Source: an uncultured Poribacteria bacterium (GTDB lineage: Bacteria > Poribacteria > WGA-4E > WGA-3G). From it: DNA of 64,000 nucleotides. Shown one piece after another: positions 19,218 to 29,212 of the stretch. The stretch spans positions 3,488,001 through 3,552,000 of the forward strand of contig CATQHZ020000001.1 in NCBI GenBank assembly GCA_958296135.2, written 5' to 3'. Every line of letters begins with the position of its first letter. Positions within the stretch are counted from its first letter, which is position 1. The notes below the pieces were generated by a model. It was not told the DNA's origin. It saw only the letters and a list, made by a program, of their open reading frames with translations, and did not search any database. The position numbers were made by a program, and so were the translations under genes.

Positions 19218-20858
19218 ATGGAACTGATAACTTTTCCGTGGCAAATGGTGATTTTGTGCGGTTTATCCCTCTGTGTGGGATGGGGGATCCGCGGCAATTT
19301 TGGGCATGAATACGGGGCGGCACTGCCTGGGGCTCTCGCCGCAATAGCAATTGTCCTTCTCTCCGGGCGCGAAGATTGGTGGCGATATGTCCACTATTTT
19401 GCGATGTTCGGTGCGATCGGCTGGTCCTTCGGCGGCAGCATGTCCTACATGCAGGTAGTCGGCTATACGCATTCGCCCCACTCGCCAACGGTGCTTTACG
19501 GCTTCGCGAATCTCTTCGTCATCGGTTTCTTATGGGCGGCACTCGGCGGCGCGGGGACAGCCCTGCCCGCGTTCCTCACCAGCGAACAGTTATCTCTCTT
19601 CTTCGTGCCGACGTGCGCGGTTTTTATCGCCTGGTCTGTCCAGGCTATTGTGATTGACTACCTTTCATCCCCAAAAACCGACAGATCTGGAAATCCATCC
19701 TTACATGCCAGACGGATGCAACGACACGAGAGCCCCCTCTATTGGTATGATACCGATTGGGTAGCTGCCCTCGGTGCGATAGTTGCCGCGCTGATTGTCG
19801 CGTTTTTCCGGGGCGGCTTGGATATGGGAATCTCACTCGTTCTCTATATGAGTATCGGTTGGTTCGCAGCGTTCCTGCTCCTGGTCAACGTCTTTAGGCT
19901 GCGCATGACTCCGCCGCGTGGTGATAATTGGGCAGGGTGCATCGGGCTTGTTATCGGCGTATTAGCATACTGCTGGCGGTATCAACTCGGCGGCGTTGCT
20001 TTCGCCACCTTGATGACAGGCTTCGCCGGTGGCATTGCGTTTTCGTTCGGGCAATTGCTGAAACTGCTCTGTATCCGAACAGGCCTCCAAACGAATTGGC
20101 ACAGCGTCATGGAACAAACGCAAGGGTTCCTTTTCGGCATAGGTATCGCCGTGACGTTCTGCCTGCTGCGCACTCGCGCGCCAGAGTTGGAAGTTGCGCC
20201 GAATGTACCGCAATGGATGGAAATCACCGCAGTCTTCTTCGTACTCATCGCTTTGACATATCTAAACTACCGCAAGGCAACGACGACATGGGTTGAACAA
20301 GTATCGCCGTTGCCGGAACGGTTTTTCGGCTTGCCTGTGGCGGGCTGGTTTCGGCATTCACGCGGCTGGATAGGATGGTTTGAAATTTTCTATATCGGGC
20401 TCGGCGCTGCCTGCATCGGGCTCTTGTCAATTCATCTCCGCGAACCTCTCGCCTTCATTCCGACAAGTTGGCTTGGGAAAGGACAACTCCTCTACTTCGT
20501 CTTTTTGTGGTGGATGGTGATTTTCAATTTTGAGCGCGCGCTCGTGGGATTTAGTCCGCATCGGTTAGTGACAGAAGGCACAATTACCCTCAACGCGATT
20601 ATCTGCACCGTGCTAATGGCACTCGGCGCACTAGTAATTCCAAAACAGACAAGCAGTCTCTTCTCATTTACCGAGTGGCTCTGGAAAACGTCACTTTGGG
20701 GAACCGCGGTGATGATAGGCAGTACGTTGGTGTTTTGGGGTATCAAACACGCGCTCTACGGGAAGGAACATGCCCCAGGTGCATCGCTGCACATCCGTTT
20801 CGGGAAAGACTCTAACGCACCGAAGGAGAAACCGAAAGCAGGGCAGCCACACCCTTAA
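19218..20858 (+). CDS. Polytopic membrane protein of unknown function
   Basis: More than 12 hydrophobic segments, RBS GGAGG, and a conserved-looking 'GWGIRGNFGHEYGAALPG' motif. Confidence 0.8.
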   Translation: MELITFPWQMVILCGLSLCVGWGIRGNFGHEYGAALPGALAAIAIVLLSGREDWWRYVHYFAMFGAIGWSFGGSMSYMQVVGYTHSPHSPTVLYGFANLFVIGFLWAALGGAGTALPAFLTSEQLSLFFVPTCAVFIAWSVQAIVIDYLSSPKTDRSGNPSLHARRMQRHESPLYWYDTDWVAALGAIVAALIVAFFRGGLDMGISLVLYMSIGWFAAFLLLVNVFRLRMTPPRGDNWAGCIGLVIGVLAYCWRYQLGGVAFATLMTGFAGGIAFSFGQLLKLLCIRTGLQTNWHSVMEQTQGFLFGIGIAVTFCLLRTRAPELEVAPNVPQWMEITAVFFVLIALTYLNYRKATTTWVEQVSPLPERFFGLPVAGWFRHSRGWIGWFEIFYIGLGAACIGLLSIHLREPLAFIPTSWLGKGQLLYFVFLWWMVIFNFERALVGFSPHRLVTEGTITLNAIICTVLMALGALVIPKQTSSLFSFTEWLWKTSLWGTAVMIGSTLVFWGIKHALYGKEHAPGASLHIRFGKDSNAPKEKPKAGQPHP

Positions 20859-20874
20859 TACGATTTTTTATAGG

Positions 20875-20903
20875 TTGACATACGTTTGGAATTGTGGTAT
20901 TCT
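20875..20903 (+). promoter_or_regulatory. sigma70 promoter with extended -10
   Basis: TTGACA-17 nt-TATTCT, preceded by TGG. Confidence 0.65.
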
Positions 20904-20936
20904 ACTGCTATCTATTTCAATAAAGGAGGATACCTC

Positions 20937-21230
20937 ATGACTAACGAAGAACTCATACTCAAAAAACTTGAGGAAATGGCTTCTGAGATTAAGGAAGTCC
21001 GATCGGAAGTCTATTCCGAGTTCAGGAAGGTCCGCGAAGACAGTGCTGAAATGAAGGTGAACCAAGCCAAACTTGAAGGCAACTTGAACACCTTGGTGGC
21101 GAAGTTCGAGGACTACATCGCCGATGTGCGCGAACGAAAAACCGATACCAACGAGCGGTGGAAAATCGCCGGCATCATCGCATCCGGATGCCTCGCGCTT
21201 GTATCGTTGTTCCTCTCGATCTTCAAATAA
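20937..21230 (+). CDS. Small coiled-coil protein with C-terminal TM anchor (XhlA/CCDC90-like architecture)
   Basis: RBS AAGGAGG, heptad-rich body, terminal hydrophobic helix. Confidence 0.75.
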   Translation: MTNEELILKKLEEMASEIKEVRSEVYSEFRKVREDSAEMKVNQAKLEGNLNTLVAKFEDYIADVRERKTDTNERWKIAGIIASGCLALVSLFLSIFK

Positions 21231-21240
21231 CCTGCCGTGG

Positions 21241-21280
21241 CAGCCGCGAGGGTAAAGCCTCGCGGCTGTTTCATTGTTTC
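21241..21280 (+). terminator. Intrinsic terminator
   Basis: CAGCCGCGAGG-gtaaag-CCTCGCGGCTG followed by TTTCATTGTTT. Confidence 0.75.
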
Positions 21281-21293
21281 CATCTCCAAACCC

Positions 21294-22448
21294 TTAACTG
21301 CCTTCTCGCTTCTGCCGATAAACCTGGCCGCTTTTGACGACAACAATCGGCTCCAGCTTCTGTTTGCCAATGCGGACTTGACCGCGGGCATCCATCAACT
21401 CAAACGCGCCTTCGCGCAGTTCAAAAACCACTGCATCCCCCCACGCGCCAACAGCCAGCGTGCCGACTTGCCCCGGCAGCAATATCGTGTCCGCTGGCAC
21501 ACTTGTCACTTTTTCCAACGCCGCGTCAACCGACATACCGAGGTACAGAAATTTGTTGACGACATTCACCAGGTCATAGACTGGCCCCTCCACGTTGTAG
21601 ACGTGCAAGTCCGAGGAGATTGTCGTCGGTTCAACGCCTTGCGCCATTGCCTTGTCCACGACATCCCAACTGAAAGAGCCCGCGCCGTGCCCAACGTCAA
21701 AGATAACGCCGCGTTCAAGGGCTGCATGCACAGCGTCGCGGACTTTGCCGTTTTCATCCAAGATACCGCAGGGCATATCGTGAAAACAGTGCGTGAGAAT
21801 ATCGCGTTTGCCCATTACCGCTAAGATGTCGTCAATGGATTGACACCATGCGTCTTGCGGATGAACCATCAACGGTAGCCCCGCCGCATCGGCGGCTTCC
21901 CGCGCCCGGTGCAAGGGTAACATGCCGGCTCTCGCGCCGACGATGCTCTCCCGTGTCAAACGCACTTTGACACCCAGGATAATATCGCGATGCGCTTCTA
22001 TCATTCGGCACGCCTTGCCGACATCCGCGTAATCCGGGTTCTCCAATTCGCCGATCTCCTGCGTCAGCATGCCTTGCGAAGAGATGTTCAGTTGCGCGAG
22101 AACCCGCGTGCCGCTCACATCAATGACGTATTTGCGGAAGCCAGGGAACGTATCCGCACCTGCCGAGCCGGCATCAACGACTGTCGTCGCGCCGCGCGCC
22201 AAACAGGTAGAGTCGGGTTCAATCCCAAAATGGCTGACTCCGTAGAAAACATGCACGTGCAAATCGATGAGCCCCGGCGTGACGAGGCATCCGTCTGCGT
22301 CAAGCACCTCACGCGCTTCGGAGGCAGGAATGTCGTCGCTAACCGCGGCGACGTGGCCGCTAGCAAATCCCACATCCTTGCGCGCGTGGATACCCTGCGC
22401 GGCATCGATGAGCATCCCGTTTTTGATGAGCAGTTCATAATTGCGCAT
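21294..22448 (-). CDS. Amidohydrolase/deacetylase, dihydroorotase-like (EF_0837 type)
   Basis: 'PGLIDLHVH', 'TTVVDAGSAG', 'GVKVR', 'THCFH', 'DVGHGAGSF' and 'ISSDLH'. Confidence 0.88.
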   Translation of the reverse strand: MRNYELLIKNGMLIDAAQGIHARKDVGFASGHVAAVSDDIPASEAREVLDADGCLVTPGLIDLHVHVFYGVSHFGIEPDSTCLARGATTVVDAGSAGADTFPGFRKYVIDVSGTRVLAQLNISSQGMLTQEIGELENPDYADVGKACRMIEAHRDIILGVKVRLTRESIVGARAGMLPLHRAREAADAAGLPLMVHPQDAWCQSIDDILAVMGKRDILTHCFHDMPCGILDENGKVRDAVHAALERGVIFDVGHGAGSFSWDVVDKAMAQGVEPTTISSDLHVYNVEGPVYDLVNVVNKFLYLGMSVDAALEKVTSVPADTILLPGQVGTLAVGAWGDAVVFELREGAFELMDARGQVRIGKQKLEPIVVVKSGQVYRQKREGS

Positions 22449-22466
22449 GTTGATTTCACCTTAACC

Positions 22467-23972
22467 TTAATGCGTGCTTCCGCTATGCGTCACCGGACAC
22501 CACCGGGACATGAGCAGATAATCAAACAATGCCGATTCCGCTGCCGGCGTGCCGATGCGTTTCAATGCAAGGACAGAGTTGTCCCGCACATACCGATTGC
22601 CATCGCGCAAGGCATCTGCCAATACGGGGATTGCGTCGCTTGAAGAGGGACCGAGCTGTGCCAACGCCAATGCCGCGTCAAACCGCACCTGCTCATCGTC
22701 ATCGGAGGCAAGCATCTCAGTTAACACTGGCACAGCCTCGGCAGCAGCTGGGCCTATACTTCCGAACGCGTCAACGCTATTGCGACGCACCTCAACGACG
22801 TTGTCCCTCGCGCATTCCATGAGTGCGCGGACAGCTTTGTGCGCCGAGCCACCAATCTGTGCTAGCGCATAGGCTGCCTCAACTCGCACCGTGTCTTCTG
22901 CATGGCCTAACGCTTCGCTCAACGCAGGCACGGCAGGCTCACCTACTGCCCCCAATGCATACGCCGCCATCCGTCGCGTCTGCTCGTTTTCAGCACCGAG
23001 CGTCTCTATCAATTTCGGCACGGCAGGTTCGCCGATGGCACCTAACGCGTAAGCGGCGTTTAAACGCACCGGTTCATAAGTATCATGCAACGCCGAGATG
23101 AGCAGCGGGACTGCCTCTGCAGCCGATTCTTCCAACAATCCTAGTTCGTCCGCTGCGCGCAAACGCACTGCCGGATTCTCATCGCGCAATGCTGCGACGT
23201 GAGCCGCAAGGTTCCCGTTGGCAGTGGCAGAAAATTGCCCATTTTTCTCTCCTGCCATCCAATTCCAAACGTGCCGCCACGTTCCCTCGTGCGTCAACGA
23301 TGCAGCGTCACCGTGCTCATGAAGTTCCACCGTATCCCAACGCGGATTCTTCACGTTCCACTCAGGGCCTGTGGGCTCGTCCATTCGGATGAACTGAAAC
23401 TTCATCATATACCGCGTTTTGTCGGTGCGGTTCGCCATGGCGCGGTGCCACAGATCGAAGTGAATCAGCGTCACCGTGCCTGCCTCACCACTCATCGGCA
23501 ATTCACCCTCGTTATTTTCCGTGGCGCGAGTGTTGTAATACTGCGTGCCGGGCAGAATCGCCGACGGGCCGATTGCCTCTGGCGCATCCTGCGGATAGTA
23601 AAACGCCATCGCCCAGCGCGGACAGTGGTGCCGCACCTTGTGGTAACCCCAATAACTATCCTTGTGAAATCCCTGCCCATCGCTGTGCGGACGGTTCTGA
23701 TGCGGATGCCGATGCGAATGCATGACGTAATTCTCGCCGAGAATGCTCGTCAGTGCACCGCGCACGGCAGGCTCCTCAAAAACCGCTTGCAACTCAGGGA
23801 CGCGCGGCAAAATGTTATTGCCCAAATTCCCCTCTTTGGCAGTCAACTCCTGCGTTTTGCGATAGATAGTCTCGTGAAAACCGCGCGATAACTCTGCCTT
23901 CACCGTAACATAACCGTTGACGATGAAATCGCGCATCTGTGCGTCTGTGAAAAGATGTGAATTGGCCTGCAT
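22467..23972 (-). CDS. Phytanoyl-CoA dioxygenase (PhyH) domain fused to HEAT/PBS-lyase repeats
   Basis: 'FHKD' HxD motif and 'DLWHRA'. Multiple 'VR--AA-ALG-IG' repeats at the C-terminus. Confidence 0.88.
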   Translation of the reverse strand: MQANSHLFTDAQMRDFIVNGYVTVKAELSRGFHETIYRKTQELTAKEGNLGNNILPRVPELQAVFEEPAVRGALTSILGENYVMHSHRHPHQNRPHSDGQGFHKDSYWGYHKVRHHCPRWAMAFYYPQDAPEAIGPSAILPGTQYYNTRATENNEGELPMSGEAGTVTLIHFDLWHRAMANRTDKTRYMMKFQFIRMDEPTGPEWNVKNPRWDTVELHEHGDAASLTHEGTWRHVWNWMAGEKNGQFSATANGNLAAHVAALRDENPAVRLRAADELGLLEESAAEAVPLLISALHDTYEPVRLNAAYALGAIGEPAVPKLIETLGAENEQTRRMAAYALGAVGEPAVPALSEALGHAEDTVRVEAAYALAQIGGSAHKAVRALMECARDNVVEVRRNSVDAFGSIGPAAAEAVPVLTEMLASDDDEQVRFDAALALAQLGPSSSDAIPVLADALRDGNRYVRDNSVLALKRIGTPAAESALFDYLLMSRWCPVTHSGSTH

Positions 23973-24135
23973 GATGGAATCTCCTTTTCTCGAACTCCGC
24001 TCCTATCCATAATCAAAATGGGTGGAATTCAACCATTCACTATTTTACTTGACTTTAACTTAATTGTCATGTATTTTTTTAATATCAGATTTTTCTCTAT
24101 TTTGAACGCACCTTCCGAGGAGAATACGTCAAAAA

Positions 24136-24927
24136 ATGGAAAGCCTAACGCCACTTCAGAAACAGCAATAGCAGGAGCAGGGATACCTCGTTTTGGAAGA
24201 GGTGCTCGCCGCCGAGGAAGTTCAAGCACTCACCGAAACGGTAGATAAACTGGACGCGGAATTCCGACAAGGTGAGAATATCAACGCCGACACGGTTTTT
24301 GACAAACGCAATGTCATGGAAGACAACGATATTTTCGTCGCGCTGATAACTCATCCCATCACCTTCCCAATAGTGCTTGAGCTGCTGGGGCCCTATATCC
24401 AACTGAGCATGTCCGAAGTCATCGTGCGCCCGCCGAACCCGAAGGATAAAGGTTATCTGCACACCGACGGGGGCCAAGCAATGCAAGGCATCCGCGTCAG
24501 TGAGACGAGTTGGCCGCTCCAACTCAAGATTCACTATTTCTTGACAGACCTGGGTAACCCGGACAGCGGAAATTTCACCGTTGTGCCAGGGAGCCACAAT
24601 CGCCCGTTTCCAGAGGAAGGCATCCCAGATGGCCCCTACATCCCCGAGGCGGTGCAATTGTGCGTCAAAGCCGGAGATGCCGCGGTCTTCCCACATGCGT
24701 TATGGCATGGTGTCGTGGGAAATAAATCGGCACAGCCGCGCAAAACGCTCATCTACTGCTATAGTCACCACTGCTTCCGGCCGTTTGACTACGAAAAAGC
24801 ATCGCCAGAACTTTTAGCGCGCTGCACACCGCGCCAACGCCGATTAATCGGAGATATCGGCACCTGGAAACCGGGAGCCTATTTCTATTCACCGGCAGAC
24901 CAGGCGGAGTTAATCTGCGGAGAGTGA
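24136..24927 (+). pseudogene. PhyH family dioxygenase with an in-frame TAG at codon 12
   Basis: Reads MESLTPLQKQQ*QEQGYLVLEEVL. 'LHTD', 'GNFTVVPGSH' and 'LWHG' are intact downstream. Confidence 0.7.
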
Positions 24928-25042
24928 TTTTCAACTGCATCCATCACAGTCGGCAGAGGAGAGCGCGAGGGCCTGTCCCTCGCGGCGCACCAGCTCAGGC
25001 GAACGAGAAAACGAAATGGCCCTGAAACACCCCAAAAAGTTG

Positions 25043-25071
25043 TTGACAAAAAACGGGGCTTATCGTAAAAT
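25043..25071 (+). promoter_or_regulatory. sigma70 promoter
   Basis: TTGACA-17 nt-TAAAAT. Confidence 0.65.
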
Positions 25072-25112
25072 CTATGGAAATTGGCGAGGTGATGGCCAAA
25101 GGATAACTTACA

Positions 25113-27029
25113 TTGATTCAACAACGCACCCCTACCAGCCTTTCCGCGCGAGCCGTGATTATCGGGCTCGTCTGCGCAACAACCGAATGCCTGCTCGCGC
25201 CCTATAACGATTACGTCATCCGCAACATCTTCCTCGCTGGCGGACATTTTCCGGTCGCGCCCTTCTTTGTGCTAACCGTTTTCGTACTCGGTATCAACGT
25301 CGTCTTAAAACAGGTGCACCCGAATTCCGCGCTGTCGCCCGGCGAACTCGTCACGATTTGGTGTATCATGCTCGCACCGGCTGGCATCCCGTCTTCCGGC
25401 ATGATGCGCTACGCCCTCAGCCCGATGGTAGCTTACCAATATCTCGCAACCCCGGAGAATGACTGGGAGGCACTCTTCTCTCATTACATTCCGCAGTGGC
25501 GTATCGTGCAAAATCCGACAGCGGCGCGCTCCTTCTATGAGGGATTGTTCGCCGGTGAATCCGTGCCGTGGGGCGCGTGGATAACCCCTATCCTCATCTG
25601 GAGTGCCTACGTCCTCGTTATCTATTTCGTGATGATCTGCCTCTCGGTGCTTCTCCGCAAGCAGTGGGTGGAATATGAACGCTGCGCTTTTCCACTCGTC
25701 AAACTGCCGGTAGAAATGGCAGCGCAAGGCACCGGCAGACTCGGCCCAGTTTTTAAGAACAGCGCGCTCTGGTTCGGATTCGCGTTCCCAGTATTCCTGC
25801 ACACTATGAACGGACTCCACACGTTCTTCCCCTCCATGCCGCACGTCCCACGCGATTTTTGGCTGAACCCCTACCTCTCCGAAAGACCTTGGAGCGCGCT
25901 CCGCCCATTCCAAATCGTCATCTTCTGGTCGATGGTAGGATTTAGCTACCTGCTGACCTTGGAGGTATCGTTTAGCATCTGGTTCTTCTTCGTCTTTTAC
26001 AAACTCCAATGCCTCACCGGCGCGATACTCGGATTTCAACTCAGTTCAGGACCGGGCGTTCAGTGGACAGGAAAGTCCTTTAGCGCAGCGCAGGAGGCAG
26101 GCGCATGCCTCGCGTTTGTCGCCATCGCGCTGTGGAAAACGCGACCCCACATTAAAAACATGCTCCGATTCCGACCATCCGATGAAGCACTGCCGCACAG
26201 CGTCACCATCATCGGACTCCTCCTCGGCATTTGCGTCCTCGCTTTTTTCAATACTATGATGGGGATGTCACTTGTCTTCGCATTCGGGTTTGTGCTGTTC
26301 CTGCTAGCGATGTATGTCGTGCTGACGTGGCAGGTGATTAACGGCGGCATCCCCTTCATTAATCCATCCTTCTCGCCGCAGAGCTTCTTCCTCACCACAC
26401 TCGGTACCTCAAGAATTCATCCTTCAACGGTAACCTCGCTCATGATGCACCCAGTCTGCCTCACGCTCGATCTACGTGAATTCATGATGCCGAATATCAT
26501 GAACGGGCTGAAAGCGGCGGACGATGCGCGCATCAAACGGCGACAACTGCTCATCGCCATGGCCGCTGCGATGGTTATCGGGCTCGCTGTCTCCTATTAC
26601 TCGGCGATAAAAATCAGTTACGCCCACGGCGCACCCTATACCGGCGGCAGCTGGTTCATGCGGCAGCTAGAAGGGCTCCTCACGAGTCCAAAAACAAGCA
26701 CGAACTGGACTAACACCGGGTTTATCTTTTTAGGAAGCGGTTTTACGCTGTGGCTGATGTGGATGCGCCAGACCTTCGTGTGGTGGCCCCTCCATCCTCT
26801 CGGCTATACGATGCTGAGCTCGTGGGCAACGTTTAAGTTGTGGTTTTCAATCTTTTTAGGGTGGGGATTGAAGTTTACCATCGTCAAATACGGCGGACTG
26901 AAGGCATACCGTCAAGCGCGCCCCGTCTTTCTCGGCTTAGTCATCGGGGAGATGGTGTGCGCCGGGCTCTGGGCAATCATCGGGATGGTTACGGGGATTA
27001 GCACGGGATATCGCATCCTGCCGGATTAA
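25113..27029 (+). CDS. Polytopic membrane protein, DUF6785/DUF6784-like (putative peptide transporter)
   Basis: 'LRKQWVEYER--FPLVKLP', 'WWPLHPLGY' and 'KYGGLKAYRQARPVFLGLVIGE'. Confidence 0.75.
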   Translation: MIQQRTPTSLSARAVIIGLVCATTECLLAPYNDYVIRNIFLAGGHFPVAPFFVLTVFVLGINVVLKQVHPNSALSPGELVTIWCIMLAPAGIPSSGMMRYALSPMVAYQYLATPENDWEALFSHYIPQWRIVQNPTAARSFYEGLFAGESVPWGAWITPILIWSAYVLVIYFVMICLSVLLRKQWVEYERCAFPLVKLPVEMAAQGTGRLGPVFKNSALWFGFAFPVFLHTMNGLHTFFPSMPHVPRDFWLNPYLSERPWSALRPFQIVIFWSMVGFSYLLTLEVSFSIWFFFVFYKLQCLTGAILGFQLSSGPGVQWTGKSFSAAQEAGACLAFVAIALWKTRPHIKNMLRFRPSDEALPHSVTIIGLLLGICVLAFFNTMMGMSLVFAFGFVLFLLAMYVVLTWQVINGGIPFINPSFSPQSFFLTTLGTSRIHPSTVTSLMMHPVCLTLDLREFMMPNIMNGLKAADDARIKRRQLLIAMAAAMVIGLAVSYYSAIKISYAHGAPYTGGSWFMRQLEGLLTSPKTSTNWTNTGFIFLGSGFTLWLMWMRQTFVWWPLHPLGYTMLSSWATFKLWFSIFLGWGLKFTIVKYGGLKAYRQARPVFLGLVIGEMVCAGLWAIIGMVTGISTGYRILPD

Positions 27030-27061
27030 TGCAGCAAACGGACAGCTATAGAAATCCATCC

Positions 27062-27883
27062 TCACGCGGACAGAATGCGCTCCATCCGCTCTTGCACCTG
27101 CCCTTTCATCTCAGGGTGTGTGAAAATGTAGAAATCACCGTTCTGGATGGCGCGATAGACATGTGCCGCCACTTCTGCAGGCGACATTCCTGCCCCCATT
27201 TCGGCGCGGACATCCCGAGAATTGCCTGTCCGTGGAATATGTTGTGGCTGCGGTAACCCCTGGGGACGGTTCCGTTCTGAATCCAGAATACCGGTGCGCA
27301 CCCAGCCGGGGCACAGCACATGCACCTGAATCTTCGCACCTTTTTGTGCCAATTCAGCGGCGAGGGTTTCGGAAAGCACGACTACGCCGTGTTTGCTGAC
27401 TTTATAGATGCCTTCGCCTGCACCGCCGATTAACCCCAAAATCGAGGCGGTGTTAACGATATGACATTCAGTCTCTTGCGCAAGCATGCGCGGAACGAAC
27501 GCGCGGATACCGTGAATTACGCCCCACAGGTTCACGCCCAGCACCCAGTCCCAATCGGCGAGGGAATGCTCCCACACCGGGCGGCTGCAAACGACACCGG
27601 CGTTGTTGCACAGAATATGCACCGCGCCGAAAGCCTCCAATGTTTGCTGTGCAAGGTTTTCGACATCAGCCGCGTTTGAGACATCCGTTCTGACAGCAAT
27701 AACTGAGGCTCCAGCAGACTTGAGAGAAGCCGTCACTGCTGCCAACGGTCCCTCTTCCACATCGGCGAGGACAACTCTCATGCTGTCGGCGGCGAATCGT
27801 TCCGCCATCGCCCGGCCGATGCCACTCGCGGCACCGGTGACGACAGCAACGTTCCCTTTCTTACAAACGGGTGTGTGATTCAT
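27062..27883 (-). CDS. SDR family oxidoreductase
   Basis: TGAASGIG, CNNAGV, YKVSKH. Confidence 0.9.
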   Translation of the reverse strand: MNHTPVCKKGNVAVVTGAASGIGRAMAERFAADSMRVVLADVEEGPLAAVTASLKSAGASVIAVRTDVSNAADVENLAQQTLEAFGAVHILCNNAGVVCSRPVWEHSLADWDWVLGVNLWGVIHGIRAFVPRMLAQETECHIVNTASILGLIGGAGEGIYKVSKHGVVVLSETLAAELAQKGAKIQVHVLCPGWVRTGILDSERNRPQGLPQPQHIPRTGNSRDVRAEMGAGMSPAEVAAHVYRAIQNGDFYIFTHPEMKGQVQERMERILSA

Positions 27884-28450
27884 TTATTCAAAAAATTTGG
27901 CGACTTCACAAGAGAAGCCTTCCACGACATTTTCGCCGGTCAGGGTATCTCCGCGCGTAAGCAGTTTGAAGTCTTCGTTCGACCGGTACACCGTTACCGT
28001 TTTCATGACTGATTCAACAATCCATACCATCTGTGTTCCTGCATCAAGATACACTTGGACCTTTTCCAAAACGTTCCACAGCGCATCTGTGGGAGAAATC
28101 ACTTCAACGGCAAGCTCGGGTGGTGCCGGTGAAGGATGCCTTCCTTCATCAGGCAGCCGGGCAGTGGAAAGAAACGCGACATCCGGTTTGAGGACGCGCT
28201 CACCGACTCGGAAACCGCCTTCAGCGACAACGCTGCCCAATTGATTCTCACGAACGTGCCGCTGCAAATACCAAGAAACGTTGCTACTGATTTTCGCGTG
28301 CTCCCACGATGGAGACGACATCGGCACTAATGCTCCTTTTACGTATTCGTAGCCCTCTAAATCACTCGCAAGAAATTCATCCAACGTCATCGTGATGTGT
28401 GCGGGAGGCGGCACCTCTGGCGCAAAGGGATACAACTCAGGGGAATTCAT
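27884..28450 (-). CDS. Uma2 family (PD-(D/E)xK-like) endonuclease, copy 1
   Basis: 'YEYVKG-LV-M', 'PDVAF', 'PELAVEVISP' and 'YLDAGTQMVWIV'. Confidence 0.9.
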   Translation of the reverse strand: MNSPELYPFAPEVPPPAHITMTLDEFLASDLEGYEYVKGALVPMSSPSWEHAKISSNVSWYLQRHVRENQLGSVVAEGGFRVGERVLKPDVAFLSTARLPDEGRHPSPAPPELAVEVISPTDALWNVLEKVQVYLDAGTQMVWIVESVMKTVTVYRSNEDFKLLTRGDTLTGENVVEGFSCEVAKFFE

Positions 28451-28491
28451 TCGCTCGGCCCTCCTTAGCCTTGCAGGACTGTTTTTTCACC

Positions 28492-28520
28492 ATTATACTC
28501 GAAAGTTCAACGCATGTCAA
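28492..28520 (-). promoter_or_regulatory. Consensus sigma70 promoter of Uma2 copy 1
   Basis: TTGACA-17 nt-TATAAT on the minus strand. Confidence 0.8.
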
Positions 28521-28601
28521 CTGTCTTTTAATGTTTCTCTATCAAGACCGGGGGGCCCTGCTACCGGCGAAAACGAAATCGGCTTGCGGAATGAGACATA
28601 C

Positions 28602-29171
28602 CTATTCAAAAAGTTTGGCAACATCACAAGAAAAGCCTTCCACGACATTTTCTCCGGTGAGCGTATCCCCGTGCATGAGGAGGTTGAAGGGTTCATCGGC
28701 GCGATACACCGTCACGGTTTCTAACACCGGGTCGAGCACCCAAACCATCAACGTGCCAGCCTCAAGATAGGCTCGCACCTTCTCCGAAACGCGCGAGTGC
28801 ACATCTGTAGGGGAGACTACCTCAACCGCCAGATCTGGGGGCACAGGAGACGCTTTCTTTCTGTTTTCAGGCAGCCGCGCTGTTGAAACAAACGCGACAT
28901 CTGGCATCAGCACCCGTTCGCCGACTTGGAAACCCGTGTCTGATGTATAGACGCGCCCAAGTTGATTTTCATGGACATGCCGGTCCAAATACCGAACGAC
29001 GCAGATACCAATCTCACCGTGTTCTAGTGACGTAGGGGGCATTGGCACTAATTCTCCTTTCACGTATTCGTAGCCCTCTAAATCGCTGGCAAGAAATTCA
29101 TCCAACGTCATCGTGACAGATTCAGGAGGCGGCACTTCTTGCGCGAAGGGGTGCAGCTCAGGGGAATTCAT
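28602..29171 (-). CDS. Uma2 family endonuclease, copy 2
   Basis: Same motifs as copy 1 ('PDVAFVS', 'PDLAVEVVSP', 'YLEAG'). Confidence 0.9.
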   Translation of the reverse strand: MNSPELHPFAQEVPPPESVTMTLDEFLASDLEGYEYVKGELVPMPPTSLEHGEIGICVVRYLDRHVHENQLGRVYTSDTGFQVGERVLMPDVAFVSTARLPENRKKASPVPPDLAVEVVSPTDVHSRVSEKVRAYLEAGTLMVWVLDPVLETVTVYRADEPFNLLMHGDTLTGENVVEGFSCDVAKLFE

Positions 29172-29212
29172 TTTCTCCTCCCTCCTTAGCCTTGCAGGAC
29201 TGTTTTTTCACA

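Noticed and set aside
24169-24171. Pyrrolysine or alternative genetic code
   Set aside because: TAG terminates several other genes in the window and no pyl genes are seen.
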